From contig JAXHVD010000008.1 of assembly GCA_034189385.1 (NCBI GenBank), positions 64,001 to 128,000 of the forward strand: a stretch of 64,000 nt of DNA. The letters are read 5' to 3'. Shown here piece after piece: positions 19,162 through 28,167 of this stretch. The translations under genes were made by a program, and so were the position numbers. Numbering within the stretch: position 1 is the first letter of the stretch; each line of letters starts with the position of its first letter. The notes beneath the pieces were generated by a model, which did no database searches, had not been told where the DNA came from, and saw only the letters and a list, made by a program, of their open reading frames with translations. This DNA comes from Thermodesulfobacteriota bacterium (GTDB taxonomy: Bacteria > Desulfobacterota > Desulfobacteria > Desulfobacterales > C00003060).

Positions 19162-19968
19162 GTGTCTGCTTTACTAGAAGTCAACCGCTTGTGTAAGGAA
19201 TTCGGTGGATTGTCCGCCATATCTGATCTGAGCTTCACCGTGGATGCAGGATTGGTCAAGGCAGTCATCGGGCCAAATGGGGCTGGAAAGACCACCCTTT
19301 TTGGGATGATTACTGGCATCCTGGATGTCACAAGGGGCCAGATCCGTTTCAAGGGACAACCTATCACGGACCTGAAACCCTACCAAGTAGCAGCCCTGGG
19401 CATATCGAGTACCTTCCAGACAGTGGAACTCTTTGGTGAGATGACAGTACATGAAAATGTCATGGTGGGACGCCATGTGAGGACCAACTCAGAGCTTTTT
19501 GCCGCAGGTTTTCGCCTGAAAAGGATGCGCCAAGAGGAAAAGGAGATAAGAGAGACTGCCCTTGAATACCTGGAGTTCGCAGGACTTCTCGAGAGAAGAG
19601 ATATGAAGGCCAAGAGCCTCTCCTTGGGTGAGCAGAAACTCTTGGAGATTGCAAGGGCCCTGGCCACTGAGCCTCAACTCCTTCTCTTGGACGAGCCGGC
19701 CGGGGGCCTCAATGACCGAGAGACAGAACATTTGTCGGAGCGGATCTCCGCCATTCGTGGTCGGGGCCTCACTGTCTTACTGGTGGAGCACGACATGAAT
19801 CTAGTTATGAACATATCTGATGAGATCGTGGTCATCAACTATGGCGAGAAGATTGCAGAAGGCCCCCCTGGTGCCATTAAGGACAATCAGGATGTCATTG
19901 ACGCCTATTTGGGAGAAGCCATCGACTATTCGGACCTGAGGCGGCAGAGGGAATCAACGTTGGCCTAG
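19162..19968 (+). CDS. livG: Branched-chain amino acid ABC transporter ATP-binding protein (LivG-like), isolated
   Basis: GPNGAGKTT, LLLDEP, VEHDM, VIDAYLG. Confidence 0.88.
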   Translation: MSALLEVNRLCKEFGGLSAISDLSFTVDAGLVKAVIGPNGAGKTTLFGMITGILDVTRGQIRFKGQPITDLKPYQVAALGISSTFQTVELFGEMTVHENVMVGRHVRTNSELFAAGFRLKRMRQEEKEIRETALEYLEFAGLLERRDMKAKSLSLGEQKLLEIARALATEPQLLLLDEPAGGLNDRETEHLSERISAIRGRGLTVLLVEHDMNLVMNISDEIVVINYGEKIAEGPPGAIKDNQDVIDAYLGEAIDYSDLRRQRESTLA

Positions 19969-20323
19969 TCTGTCTTCAGGTCTTCTTTTCTGCCCATGGC
20001 GTCTGAACCCGGATGTCACCCTCCACGCCACTTGTCTATGCCATCTTGTTCCATGAGCACCATGCGTTTGTCCGCGTTTTTTCGAAGATGATCAATGGCT
20101 GCTCACTTGTTGATGAGAATCACATCCTTTTGAGTGGGCTCCACACCAGGTCCCTGCAGGCGTACAGTCGAGGTTACGGCACCATTGGTGTGGAAAGTGC
20201 TGAAATCCTATTCAGAAGGACCTACGGTGGGGATGGAATCACATCCTGGCAGGGAGGAAGAATGTGGCATATGAGCGCCAAGAGTGCAACACAGGGAGTA
20301 GTACGAATGAACAGGCGGGGCTG

Positions 20324-21808
20324 CTACCAGTCGTAGAGGACTTCCCAGTGGTTGTGAAAAGAGGGATCGTCATGGATGTAGGAATAAGAAAGGGTTCGGC
20401 CTGTGCCTGGGCCTTTGCTCGTGTCTTCACACCAGAATCTTAAGTATATAGCCGGAATGGGCCTTTGTCCCTTGGAGCCATCTTCCAGCCCTTCATGGCC
20501 TTTGACCCACACCTCTTTTTCTTCAATGATCTTCCACGTCGTTTCATATTGTTTGCTCCTTACCACTTCTCCCACGCGAGGTAGATCCAGTTTTTCGCGA
20601 AGATCCTTGAACCGGTACGTGGAGTGTGCGCTGTAGTCCAAGACCCTTTCTCCAAAGACCATGATCCCTATGGCCCCCAAGGGGGCGGTGAGAAGGATAG
20701 AAAGCACGGCCACTGCCAGGATGACTTCTCCAGATGCCACACCTGCTGCTAGGGGAACGGCGCCGATGGCGGCCTGAACGGTGGCCTTTGGGACATAGGC
20801 CACGACACAAAAAAGCCTTTCTCGCCAATCAAGATCTGTTCCCAGAAGGGATAGATAGGTGCCCAGGCTCCTGAAGACAAGCCCTACAAGGATGACCATG
20901 GTGCCTGCAAGTCCTGCCTGCCAGGCCACGTGAATATTGACCTGGGCGCCAACGAGCACGAAGAGGAGCAATTCTGCAAAGACCCACAGCTTTTTAAGCT
21001 TTTGAGAAATGATGTGGGCAATGGGCTCGGACTTTTCCAATATGATGAAGCCGATGGCCATGACACCCAGAAGGCTGGCAATGGGGACCCATTTCTCACA
21101 CTGTGACTCGATCCATGTAAGTAAAATAGCCGTTCCAAGAACCAGAAGTGTCCGTTTTGGGGGGCGCCAGTCGTATTTTCGGAAAAGCCAATGGAGAAAC
21201 AATCCGGGAATGAGCCCGGCCGCAATCCCGAGAACGATAGACACAGGGATCTCACCAAGCTTGGCCCAGACATGGACCTCCCCTCCGCCGTGCATGCCCA
21301 GAAAGATAGTAAAGAGCACAATGACAAACACGTCATCGACTGAGGAGGCCCCCAAAACCAGGGTGGGTATCCCTTTTCTGGCACCTCTTCCCCGGTCCAT
21401 GAAATCGATCATGAGAGGCACCACCACAGCAGGAGACACGGCCGCCAGAATGGCCCCCAGAAGGGCGGCCTCCAGAAGGCTTATGTTCAGCCACCTTGGT
21501 GCCACCAACATGACGCCTGTGATTTCAAGCAATGCAGGAATGGCACTCATAAGGAGCGCTGCTCGGCCCACCCGGTTGAGGGTATCGCGACGGAGCTCGA
21601 ATCCCGCTCGAAGGAGAATTACAATCAGGGCGATCTTACGGAAGTCTCCCGAAACCTTCATGGTTTCCGGTCCCATGAGATCCCACACGTAGGGTCCACA
21701 AAGGATCCCCACGAGGAGCATACCCACCAGTCCGGGGAGGTTCAACCGCCGGAAAAGATAATCTGATCCCAGCCCTAAGATAATGATGAGTGCTAGGCTT
21801 GCTGCCAC
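20324..21808 (-). CDS. Cation:proton antiporter (NHA/CPA family) with extra C-terminal soluble domain
   Basis: IILLRAG-like, AVSPAVVVP, SSVDD, PKATVQAAIG; about 100 hydrophilic C-terminal residues. Confidence 0.9.
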   Translation of the reverse strand: MAASLALIIILGLGSDYLFRRLNLPGLVGMLLVGILCGPYVWDLMGPETMKVSGDFRKIALIVILLRAGFELRRDTLNRVGRAALLMSAIPALLEITGVMLVAPRWLNISLLEAALLGAILAAVSPAVVVPLMIDFMDRGRGARKGIPTLVLGASSVDDVFVIVLFTIFLGMHGGGEVHVWAKLGEIPVSIVLGIAAGLIPGLFLHWLFRKYDWRPPKRTLLVLGTAILLTWIESQCEKWVPIASLLGVMAIGFIILEKSEPIAHIISQKLKKLWVFAELLLFVLVGAQVNIHVAWQAGLAGTMVILVGLVFRSLGTYLSLLGTDLDWRERLFCVVAYVPKATVQAAIGAVPLAAGVASGEVILAVAVLSILLTAPLGAIGIMVFGERVLDYSAHSTYRFKDLREKLDLPRVGEVVRSKQYETTWKIIEEKEVWVKGHEGLEDGSKGQRPIPAIYLRFWCEDTSKGPGTGRTLSYSYIHDDPSFHNHWEVLYDW

Positions 21809-21826
21809 GACATTTTCCTCAAGCAG

Positions 21827-21866
21827 AAAAACAAAGCCCCGTCCCCTATGACTCAGAGCGAGGCTT
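21827..21866 (-). terminator. Intrinsic terminator in the 5' leader of the antiporter gene
   Basis: Minus-strand AAGCCTCGCTCT...GGGGACGGGGCTT followed by TGTTTTT, directly before the RBS. Confidence 0.6.
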
Positions 21867-22063
21867 CAGATAAGCCCAAATAGAGAAACCCCAGGCGGGC
21901 TTTTCTATCAGCCCGTCCCTGTCATGTCAAGGTGGTGCCCGGAGGCCCACCGTCGTTCATGAGGCTCAAACCAGACACATGGTTTACCAGCCCGATTTGA
22001 GGCAAGCTGTTGGGCATCGCGTCACTGAATGTCCAGAGTTGTCATATGCGCCACGCTGAGAGC

Positions 22064-22139
22064 TTGAACCGAATAAGCGAGCGCATTCTCCACAGGAGAG
22101 CTACTGCAGCCCCTGTGGCTTGCCACGGGGAGGGTTCAA
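22064..22139 (+). mobile_element. 76 bp TTGAACC...GGTTCAA palindromic element, copy 1
   Basis: Near-identical to 54644-54719 (inverted) and 39720-39819; internal hairpins tctccacaggaga and cccctgtggcttgccacgggg. Confidence 0.85.
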
Positions 22140-22504
22140 TGACCGGACTTTCTTTTCCCGAGACTCGGAACGCTTGCCCCATGGGCCAGAAAAGTAGGCC
22201 GACAAAGACCCGGGGGATTCGAAATCTATATTCCTTGACATTTCAAGCTAATAGCGGTACATAAGTTCGAGTTGGAGGCTTTTGGGGCTCTGTTTCTCCG
22301 GCTTTTCTTTTCTCCTTTTCCTGATTTTCTACGGAAGCTAGAATGGTCCTGAGCGGAGCCGAGGGGGCCAGAGAACCGGCACTTGAAACCTGGATCCTTA
22401 GACTTGCAAGACCGGTTGCTCGAATCAGTTGCTTGTCCGCAAATGGACGTTGTCAAAGACATGGCAGGTACCTGAACGTATCTCAACAATAGGAGGATGA
22501 GAAA

Positions 22505-23305
22505 ATGGGCATTGGCAAGGAAGTGCGTAAAGAGCGCATCATGCAACGGGAAACCGGCAAGACCGTCATCGTTCCAATGGACCACGGTGTCACAGTGGGG
22601 CCCATCCAGGGGCTCATGGATCTTCCCAAGACCGTGGATATGGTGGCCAAGGGCGGAGCTAACGCCGTAGTGGAACATTCGGGCATGGTGGGCCAGGGCC
22701 ATCGCCGTTATGGCCGGGACATAGGCCTCATCGTTCACCTTTCGGGAAGCACAACCCTCTCTCCGGACCCGAACCGAAAAGTACTGGTCTGTTCCGTAGA
22801 GCGTGCAGTCCGCTTGGGAGCCGATGCTGTGAGTATTCACGTCAACATCGGCGCGGAAAACGAGGGTGAAATGTTAGAAGCCTTCGGCGAGGTTGCCGAA
22901 AGTGCCGATTACTGGGGCATGCCGCTCCTTGCCATGGTCTATCCCCGGGGCCCCAAAGTGGAAAATGAAAAGGCTGTTGAGAATGTGAAGATCGCGGCTC
23001 GCGTGGGCGCAGAGCTTGGAGCGGACATCGTCAAGGTCCCCTATACGGGATCTCCTGAATCTTTCAAGAAAGTGGTCCGGGGATGTCCCATTCCTGTGGT
23101 CATCGCTGGGGGATCTAAACTCTCCGACGAGGAGACGTTAAAGATGGTAGAGGGTGCCATGAAAGCAGGAGCCGCTGGACTGTCAATGGGCCGCAATGCT
23201 TTCCAGCACCGCCGACCGGTCCGCTTGGTGTCTGCGGCTTGTGCCATTGTGCACCAGGGAAAGACTGCTAGACAGGCCATGAACATACTCAAGGGCAAAG
23301 TGTAA
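22505..23305 (+). CDS. aroA': 2-amino-3,7-dideoxy-D-threo-hept-6-ulosonate synthase (DhnA-type class I aldolase family)
   Basis: PMDHG, MVYPRG, GADIVK, GRNAFQ; directly upstream of DHQ synthase II. Confidence 0.85.
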   Translation: MGIGKEVRKERIMQRETGKTVIVPMDHGVTVGPIQGLMDLPKTVDMVAKGGANAVVEHSGMVGQGHRRYGRDIGLIVHLSGSTTLSPDPNRKVLVCSVERAVRLGADAVSIHVNIGAENEGEMLEAFGEVAESADYWGMPLLAMVYPRGPKVENEKAVENVKIAARVGAELGADIVKVPYTGSPESFKKVVRGCPIPVVIAGGSKLSDEETLKMVEGAMKAGAAGLSMGRNAFQHRRPVRLVSAACAIVHQGKTARQAMNILKGKV

Positions 23306-23339
23306 GGCTCGCGCCTTGTTGAGAGTAAAGGAGTGCATC

Positions 23340-24338
23340 ATGACGAGGCTGTTTTGGGTCAATGCTAGGCCCTACAATAAGAAAGTCGTCACCACGGCCT
23401 TGGAAAGCGGCGCTGATGCCGTGATTGTCCCCAAGGGCCGGTCCAAGAAGGTCCGCGAGCTTGGTCTCATCAAGACGGTCTCCGTGGACGGCGACCTGAA
23501 ACTTGGCGAGGACGTGGTGGAGATGACCATTTCATCTGAAAAGGACGAGGCCAAAGCCCTCAAGGTCCCGGCCGACAGGCTGCTGCTCATCAAGACCAGC
23601 GACTGGAAGGTGATTCCCCTTGAGAACCTTATTGCCAAGAGAGGAAAAGGCCTGCTGGCATTGGTGCGCAGTGCCCAGGAGGCCAAGATTGCATTGAAGA
23701 TCATGGAGCGCGGGGTCGATGGGGTGGTTCTGGCCTCAACAGATTTTTCGGAGATTAAGCGCACCGCTGCTGTTCTCCGTGAGCAGGCAGAGCGCCTCCG
23801 CCTGGTGAAGGCCACCATCAGGTCTGTTCGACCCCTGGGAATGGGAGACCGGGTCTGCGTTGATACCATTACTAACATGGAGCCGGGCCAGGGCATGCTC
23901 GTCGGAAATTCCAGTTCGGGTATGTTTCTGGTCCACGCGGAAAACGTGGAGACACCTTATTGTGCCACGCGCCCTTTCCGCGTAAACGCCGGTGCGGTTC
24001 ATGCTTACGTTCGCGTACCCGATGGAAAGACAGCTTACCTGGCCGATATCAGCATAGGGGACCCGGTCTCGATCATCGACTACAAGGGCCGGAGCGAGAT
24101 CGGTTTCGTAGGGCGGGCAAAGGTGGAGAAGCGGCCCATGATGCTCGTGGAGGCGACCTACAAGGGCAAGGCCTTGTCACTGGTCATGCAGAATGCGGAA
24201 ACCATCCGTCTCACCAAGGCCGGAGGTGAGCCCGTCTCCATTACCCATCTGAAACCCGGCGACCGCGTGCTCTCCTACCTGGAAGAAGCGGGCAGGCATT
24301 TCGGGGTAAAGATTGACGAGACTATAGTAGAGAAGTAA
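23340..24338 (+). CDS. aroB': 3-dehydroquinate synthase II
   Basis: IPLENLIA, GDRVCVDT, RPFRVNAGAVHAY, QNAETIRL, GRHFG. Confidence 0.93.
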   Translation: MTRLFWVNARPYNKKVVTTALESGADAVIVPKGRSKKVRELGLIKTVSVDGDLKLGEDVVEMTISSEKDEAKALKVPADRLLLIKTSDWKVIPLENLIAKRGKGLLALVRSAQEAKIALKIMERGVDGVVLASTDFSEIKRTAAVLREQAERLRLVKATIRSVRPLGMGDRVCVDTITNMEPGQGMLVGNSSSGMFLVHAENVETPYCATRPFRVNAGAVHAYVRVPDGKTAYLADISIGDPVSIIDYKGRSEIGFVGRAKVEKRPMMLVEATYKGKALSLVMQNAETIRLTKAGGEPVSITHLKPGDRVLSYLEEAGRHFGVKIDETIVEK

Positions 24339-24367
24339 CGACCTCCCCTACAGATACTTCAAAGTAG

Positions 24368-24563
24368 CTAGTGCCCATCCATGAATGCCCAAAAAAAGGG
24401 TGGGCACTGGCGTCAGTTCCCAATTCAGTCCGCCGTAGGCGGATTCGCAAGTTCACGAAAATCAAGCGATTGCGCGGAGGTCCGCCGAGGCGGATCGCAC
24501 AAGTAATCTTGCAGATTGATCCGCCTGAGGCGGAGAAAAGGGCCATTGATGGATGGACACTAG
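24368..24563 (+). mobile_element. 196 bp CTAG-bounded MITE-like element, best-preserved copy
   Basis: TIR ctagtgcccatccatgaatg / cattgatggatggacactag (18 of 20 match); three internal TCCGCC-N2/3-GGCGGA hairpins. Confidence 0.8.
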
Positions 24564-24638
24564 CGAAGAGAGTCTCTTTGATCGTCTATAGGCATCCAGC
24601 CAATAGCCCCCGCCCCCTTTTTTTCTTGGGAGGGAGGT

Positions 24639-24684
24639 CTTCGGCTTGGCTCAGGATAAACCCTTCGACGTCGCTCAGGGTAAA
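24639..24684. repeat. Two tandem REP-like CTTCG-N5-GCTCAGG units (24 bp period)
   Basis: cttcggcttggctcaggataaa and cttcgacgtcgctcagggtaaa; related to the insert at 39778-39801. Confidence 0.55.
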
Positions 24685-24739
24685 GTGCAGAGCCCGGGGA
24701 CTTCAGGTGTTATTCCTCTTCGTGCCCACCCTTCCCATA

Positions 24740-27700
24740 TTATGGAACGGGGGATTTAGGATAATGATATCCCATGTCCACCACTCCCACATCATCTGCT
24801 TTGTCCGTTCTGGTGGTCCGCTTCTGTAGGTCCGGTTTTGGGGCAGTGTCATTTCCCGTATCCACGCAGGGGCTGTCAGCCGGCTGTCCGGAAGCCTGTT
24901 GAGCTAGATAATAGTCCCCGTTTTTTTCTGTGGGAACGGAGACAAATAGAGGATCCATGGAGATATCCTTATCACCTGGGGCGCAGCCTACATAGTCATT
25001 CTTATTATTCCACACGTTGTTGAAGTTGTTGATCACCCAGGCTCCTGATGACGGAAACACGTTTGTTCCCGTGAAATTGACGATACCCCCCCTTTTGTTG
25101 TTGGTAATGATATTGTTCTCTACGGAAGCTGTGAACATGGCGTGGAAAGGGTAGCCTAATATCAAGCCGCCCCCTTTCTCTTTTTTGGCGGCTTGATGGT
25201 TGTTGGAATCAATCGTGTTGTTCCAGATGATCACTTTACTCAAGTTGAAGGAAGTAATGCTGATGCCCCCCTGGTTATTGCTGAAAATCAGATTGTTCTC
25301 GATGACAATATCGTCTCCAGCAAATCTCTTCACCGTGGAAACAGGACTAATCGTAATGCCGAAATGGTTTTCGTATATGTGGTTTCCCTTTATCTGAGGC
25401 GAGGCGACTGCCCGGACCCCGATGCCGATTCTGTTTCCATAGATGTAATTGCCTTCAATGCACGGGGCGGCAAGCCCTCTGGAGCCCACACCGACGACGC
25501 GGTTATTGTAGATGTGGTTATTGTAGATGCGGGCCTTGCTGCCTTTTCCATTTCCGATGCCTATCATGTTGTCGTAAATTTGATTTTTGTATATCTTCGT
25601 CTTTCCGGTGAGTGTCCCCGGTCCGTGCACTCCCACACCATTGTGTAGATTTCCGGTAATCTTGTTGTTGACAATAGCCGGAGAGGAATCCCATATGTTG
25701 ATACCATGGCCCCTCAACCCCTTGCCGCCGCCCGTAATGACGAACCCTTCAATCCTGCCTGCCCTGTCACCCAGGTCACGGATCGTGATGGCATTACCGT
25801 CGCCTTTTTTGCTACCGCCGTCTATGACAGGCCATCCAATACCTATCAAGTTGACATTCTTGTCAATGATGATATCACCGGTATAAATACGGTTCCGCAC
25901 GACGATGTCGTCGCCTGGACTGGCGGCCTTTACGGCTGATTGAATAGTGGGATACTGTCCGGGGACATGTCGTTTCCTGTCTGCTTCATAGTGCAAAGTG
26001 CTAATGTAGACCTCATCGGGCTTGCTGTCGATTTTTCCGTCATTGACCACTAGCTGGGCCACGTAGCAGCCCAGTGCGTCTACCATGAATGTGGCGTTGA
26101 CGGCGTTATGATCAGACAGCGTTGCCTCGCTACCCCATGGCCTGAAGACTAGTTTCCACTGGTGACTCAGGGCATCTCCATTTGGATCCCTGCTGTCCCC
26201 TCCAGAGAGCCTGACCGTATCACCCAGACGAACGTTGGAGATATCCTCTCCAGCATGGGCTGCGGGAGGTCGGTTCGAAAGTGCGCTGACGGTGACCCTC
26301 TCAGGGGTACTGGCCTTGCCCCATCGGTCTTTTACTATGAGTTCGGCTGTATAGTCACCAGGCATATCAGTCTTGAATCGGCACCTTGCCCTGTCGGTGG
26401 AAGAGAGTTCGGCTTTGCTTTGGCTTGGTTTGGAAAGGAGTCTCCAATGATACGACGTTTCGTCTCCGTTCGGATCAATGCTGGCACTGCCATCCAAGGT
26501 CATTTCCTGTCCCACATATACCTGTGGTGAAGGACCAATACTGGCTTTCGGGGGATCATTGGATGGCCGATTTTCAGCCACCGTATAAGGTCCTCCGTAG
26601 GCCCCCATATCATTGACAGATGAACCTAGTGAAGGGCCGAAGTGGACATCTAGGAAGGCTTCGTCCGGGTCTCCTCCATCAATGGCCGGGGATCGCGGCA
26701 AGAGATGATAATCGTGATGGGCAGGATCTACATACAATGGATCGGCTATAATGTCCTTGAGCTTCCCATAGCTTTCTTCATCCTCATAGCCACCGTATTG
26801 GCGCCTAATGCACCATAGGTAGCGGGGATTGCAGCCTCCTGTCGCGTTATTGGCAAAGAGCAGGTTGTGGGAATACCCCTTGCCTGCGGCTCTAATGCCT
26901 GCATCGCCATTGTGTGTAATGATGTTGTTTTTAATAGTGGGGACTGCAGAAGGGCTCTCTGACACAATACCCGCACGGCCATTGGCCACAATGGTGTTGT
27001 TGACGATTTCCAGGGGCGTTGGGAGGCACCTTATTCCGACCCCCTCATTTTCGTAAATCACGTTGTTGTAAATGGTCGCTGAAGCCGCTTCGGCTTCAAT
27101 TGCCGCCCTCTTGTTCTTGCTTAGGGTGTTGTTTCTCACATCCAACTGAGAAGTTACCTTCCCCACAGTGGAAATCCCGATCCTATTGCCCCTGATAACA
27201 TTTCCTTTGATCCTAAGGCAGGATCCATTTTTTGCGTAGATGCCTATCTGCTGATCATTAGATATGAGATTGTCAATGACAACGGCTGCGCTGCCGTCGC
27301 AGTATACCCCTGCTGGTGCGTTAGCCACAATCCTATTGTTGACAATGGTCGGAGACGTTGATTTGCAGTATATCCCCCCGCCGATGATCGTACCCTCCTT
27401 TTCTATCCGCCCCCCCTTGGTGATGGTGAATCCATCCAAAGTGGCCTTGTTGGCCCCTGAGACGACCCAGCCGTCCTTTTCCCCTCCGTCTATGGTGGTT
27501 ACATGGGAAGAGACATCTCTTTGCGAGAGATCCTCGTTCCAGCCCCCTTCCAAGATGACACCTTCCTTTAAGGTGACGTTTTCATAGTAGGTTCCCTGGC
27601 ACACCCTTATTCTGTCCCCCTCCTTGGCGGCTTCTATGGCGCCCTGGATAGTGGTGTAGTCCTTCGGGACATGGATCGTTCGGGCCATAGCCTTTGGCAT

Positions 27701-27784
27701 CAGTACAAGGGCGACCACCACTACGAAAAAAAAACGAACCATCATCAATACTGAAGGGCCATGCCCATTTTTCACTTCAGCCAT
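24740..27784 (-). CDS. Secreted protein with two right-handed beta-helix domains and two PKD-like domains
   Basis: Signal peptide ending KAMA; VPxxYxTIQxA motif twice; N-x-I-x-x-N repeats; two LDGSASIDPNGD / LSGGDSRDPNGD domains. Start from GGAGG + ATG 27784. Confidence 0.85.
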   Translation of the reverse strand: MAEVKNGHGPSVLMMVRFFFVVVVALVLMPKAMARTIHVPKDYTTIQGAIEAAKEGDRIRVCQGTYYENVTLKEGVILEGGWNEDLSQRDVSSHVTTIDGGEKDGWVVSGANKATLDGFTITKGGRIEKEGTIIGGGIYCKSTSPTIVNNRIVANAPAGVYCDGSAAVVIDNLISNDQQIGIYAKNGSCLRIKGNVIRGNRIGISTVGKVTSQLDVRNNTLSKNKRAAIEAEAASATIYNNVIYENEGVGIRCLPTPLEIVNNTIVANGRAGIVSESPSAVPTIKNNIITHNGDAGIRAAGKGYSHNLLFANNATGGCNPRYLWCIRRQYGGYEDEESYGKLKDIIADPLYVDPAHHDYHLLPRSPAIDGGDPDEAFLDVHFGPSLGSSVNDMGAYGGPYTVAENRPSNDPPKASIGPSPQVYVGQEMTLDGSASIDPNGDETSYHWRLLSKPSQSKAELSSTDRARCRFKTDMPGDYTAELIVKDRWGKASTPERVTVSALSNRPPAAHAGEDISNVRLGDTVRLSGGDSRDPNGDALSHQWKLVFRPWGSEATLSDHNAVNATFMVDALGCYVAQLVVNDGKIDSKPDEVYISTLHYEADRKRHVPGQYPTIQSAVKAASPGDDIVVRNRIYTGDIIIDKNVNLIGIGWPVIDGGSKKGDGNAITIRDLGDRAGRIEGFVITGGGKGLRGHGINIWDSSPAIVNNKITGNLHNGVGVHGPGTLTGKTKIYKNQIYDNMIGIGNGKGSKARIYNNHIYNNRVVGVGSRGLAAPCIEGNYIYGNRIGIGVRAVASPQIKGNHIYENHFGITISPVSTVKRFAGDDIVIENNLIFSNNQGGISITSFNLSKVIIWNNTIDSNNHQAAKKEKGGGLILGYPFHAMFTASVENNIITNNKRGGIVNFTGTNVFPSSGAWVINNFNNVWNNKNDYVGCAPGDKDISMDPLFVSVPTEKNGDYYLAQQASGQPADSPCVDTGNDTAPKPDLQKRTTRTDKADDVGVVDMGYHYPKSPVP

Positions 27785-28167
27785 TGCAGTTAACCTCCAA
27801 GATGTATCCATTGGGAGGAACAGAAGATGGGCCTTTCCCTTTGCGGGTTATGGGAAGCATACCTCAGAAGGCACTATTGACGATTGATTAGTAGTGACTA
27901 GTGCAGAAAAAGCAAAATTGTTTGGCTCGTATGATGTCGAATATTCAATCCACTTATTAGTAACTCATATCAGCGGGCGCAGGGGCGACTAGGAGAGTGG
28001 TGCTTGGTCTTTGAATCCGGCTTGGACCGCCTATAGGCCAAAAGCGAAGGCCCATTCCTCTCTGCGGTGCCCGGAGGGCACCGTGTCCATGAAGACGAAG
28101 AGCACCACAGGGGACCGAGAGACCTGTCTTTTCATCGTGGTGCAGCCTACTAGTGATCGTTCGCGAC

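Noticed and set aside
19965..20272. Minus-strand frame with in-frame TGAs as a possible selenoprotein
   Set aside because: It is also interrupted by TAG and has no Cys/Sec redox motif, SECIS-like hairpin or recognisable family. No convincing Sec gene was seen in the window despite selA.
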